From positions 3,680,001 through 3,744,000 of the forward strand of contig CP166615.1 in NCBI GenBank assembly GCA_041937175.2: DNA of 64,000 bases. Reading direction: 5' to 3'. The notes beneath the pieces are model-generated. The model saw only the letters and a program-made list of their open reading frames with translations, was not told where the DNA came from and made no database searches. Of this stretch, positions 62,250 to 64,000 are shown piece after piece. Made by a program: the position numbers and the translations under genes. Every line of letters starts with the position of its first letter. The first letter of the stretch is position 1. This DNA comes from Limnothrix sp. BL-A-16 (GTDB taxonomy: Bacteria; Cyanobacteriota; Cyanobacteriia; CACIAM-69d).

Positions 62250-62392
62250 AGGACTTACGCAGGATTTGCTAAGACCCTCACCCCTAGCCCCTCTCCCAAA
62301 AAGGGCGAGGGAAGAAGAATGCTGACTCCCCTTCTACCGTTCTGGGAGAAGGGGTTGGGGGATGAGGGCAATTGAGGTTTTGCGTAAGCCCT
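62250..62392. mobile_element. MITE with AGGACTTACGCA-type TIRs and an internal C/G-rich inverted repeat
   Basis: AGGACTTACGCA (62250) / TGCGTAAGCCCT (62381-62392); ACAGTA on both flanks; internal CCCTCACCCCTAGCCCCTCTCCC...GGGAGAAGGGGTTGGGGGATGAGGG. Confidence 0.7.
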
Positions 62393-62487
62393 AACAGTAA
62401 TGGGATCGCAAGGGACAAGGGGCTTAAGCCCCTTGTTACGGCTGTTGGGGCTAGGAAACGATCGAACAGTTGGGAATCGATCGGCTG

Positions 62488-64000
62488 CTAATCCGTGGTG
62501 GGCAGGGCCGCATGAACCGATCGCTCCAAATAGATTTGAGCCACCCGATCGCCCGGAAATTGCCGCAAACATTCCTCAAAACAAACGGCCGCCGACTTGA
62601 ACTCTTGACGGTGATAGAGCCAAGTGCCTTCCTCAAAATGGGCCATGGTGGAAAGTTTTTGGTCGCGGATGGGTGACGGATCGCCATCGATCGCCTCAAA
62701 CACCGCCACGGGCCGGGATTTGCCTGTCACCTGTAATCGATCGATGAACCGCAGGTGATAGCGCGTTGGATCCTCCATCTGGGCGATCGTGTGGTGGGAA
62801 ATCAGGACGCTGCTTTGGTAGCGCTTAGTCAGGGTTTCCAACCGGGCCGCCAAGTTAACCGCGTCACTGATGGCAGTCCCATCCATCCGATTTTTGCCGC
62901 CCACCGTTCCCAATCGCATTTGGCCGGTGTTGATGCCAATGCCAATTTCGATCGGCACTTCACCCGCCTGTTGTCGTTCGCGGTTAAAGACTTCCAAATT
63001 TCGCCGCATTTCGATCGCGGAGGCCACCGCATCATCGGCCGATTCCGGAAACAGCGCCATCACCGCATCGCCAATGAATTTGTCAATGAAACCGCCATTT
63101 TGCTGAATTGCCGGTTCCATGTGGGCCAAATAGCGGTTAATGAACCGGAAACTCTCGGCCGGTAACAGGTTTTCCGTGATCGTGGTGAACGATCGAATGT
63201 CCGAAAACAAAACCGACATCTGCCGTTCCACTTGGTCGCCCAGCTCCACCTCCAAAATGCTCTGTTTGTTCAGCAGACGCAGGAACTCGTGGGGCACAAA
63301 CCGCCCATAGGCAATGTTGATGTGGGACAGTTGCAAATGGGTTTTCAGACGGGCCAGCAACTCCTTCTTGGAAACAGGTTTTGTGAGGTAGTCATTGGCT
63401 CCGGAGTCGAGACCTTGCACCAAGTCTTCCACCTGGTTTTTGGCCGTGAGCATCAAAATCGGCAGCTTGTGGGCGGGATAGCGCGATCGCAACTGCTGGG
63501 TCAGCTCATAGCCGGTCATTTTCGGCATCATCACATCCACCAACACCACATCGGGCTGAAACCCTTGCTCCAAAACGGCCAGAGCAGCGGGGCCGTTGTC
63601 GGCGGTCACGATTTCATACTCCTCCTGGGACAGGAAATTTTCCAGCACCTGAAGATTCACCGGCTCATCGTCCACCATCAGGATTTTGAACCGTTGATTG
63701 GGTTGGGCGCGGGCGGCGCTGGCCTTGGCCAAAAGCTGTTCCGTGTCCCGCTGGCTGAGGGCTTCCAGGAGTCGATCGCCCTCCACGGTGGCCGGAGCCA
63801 AGGTGATCGGTTCCGGCTCGATCGGGGCTTCGGGGGCTGGCTTGGAATTGGCCGTGGCGGGCTTGCGCAACATCATGGGCGATCGCCGGAAGCTGGGCAT
63901 TTCGTAGGTGAGGGCTGGCGCTTCCAGGGCCACCGGCAAGGTCAGCGTAAAGATGGATCCCACTTCGGGCCGGGACTCCACCCAGATTTTGCCCCCATGC
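62488..64000 (-). CDS. Hybrid histidine kinase - receiver - class III adenylate cyclase (3' part; truncated by window end)
   Basis: HGGKIWVES HATPase tail; REC (VDDE, DVMMP, LTA, KP); cyclase FSDIRSFT, DKFIGD, NLAARLE; TPR-like tail. Confidence 0.9.
   Translation of the reverse strand, partial: HGGKIWVESRPEVGSIFTLTLPVALEAPALTYEMPSFRRSPMMLRKPATANSKPAPEAPIEPEPITLAPATVEGDRLLEALSQRDTEQLLAKASAARAQPNQRFKILMVDDEPVNLQVLENFLSQEEYEIVTADNGPAALAVLEQGFQPDVVLVDVMMPKMTGYELTQQLRSRYPAHKLPILMLTAKNQVEDLVQGLDSGANDYLTKPVSKKELLARLKTHLQLSHINIAYGRFVPHEFLRLLNKQSILEVELGDQVERQMSVLFSDIRSFTTITENLLPAESFRFINRYLAHMEPAIQQNGGFIDKFIGDAVMALFPESADDAVASAIEMRRNLEVFNRERQQAGEVPIEIGIGINTGQMRLGTVGGKNRMDGTAISDAVNLAARLETLTKRYQSSVLISHHTIAQMEDPTRYHLRFIDRLQVTGKSRPVAVFEAIDGDPSPIRDQKLSTMAHFEEGTWLYHRQEFKSAAVCFEECLRQFPGDRVAQIYLERSVHAALPTTD

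Overview
A 64 kb chromosomal segment from a cyanobacterium: the HIP1 octamer GCGATCGC is very frequent and typical cyanobacterial genes are present (ccaA, sqdX, clpR/clpP, devCA, amt). Most of the window is housekeeping: hisH, argC, ribBA, dps, wecB, mtnA/mtnP, trxA, tig, asd, ppsA, mgtE, xth and a prolyl oligopeptidase. Accessory elements are: (i) a hotspot at about 13.3-19.0 kb with an IS5-family element, an ankyrin gene and an AT-rich AAA-ATPase + S8-protease (ietAS-like) pair, bracketed by TAAC-N7-TTA inverted-repeat sites that resemble tyrosine-recombinase sites; (ii) an AT-rich ABC-type ATPase + TOPRIM-like (DUF3226-like) gene pair between dps and wecB, a candidate defence/toxin-antitoxin system; (iii) three consecutive GT-C-like membrane glycosyltransferases; (iv) a dispersed 20-bp palindrome, CAAGGGGCTTAAGCCCCTTG, that is carried by two different MITE families and is also the insertion target of one of them (nested MITE). 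No rRNA, tRNA or CRISPR array was recognised. All functional calls come from reading motifs by eye; no database searches were run.
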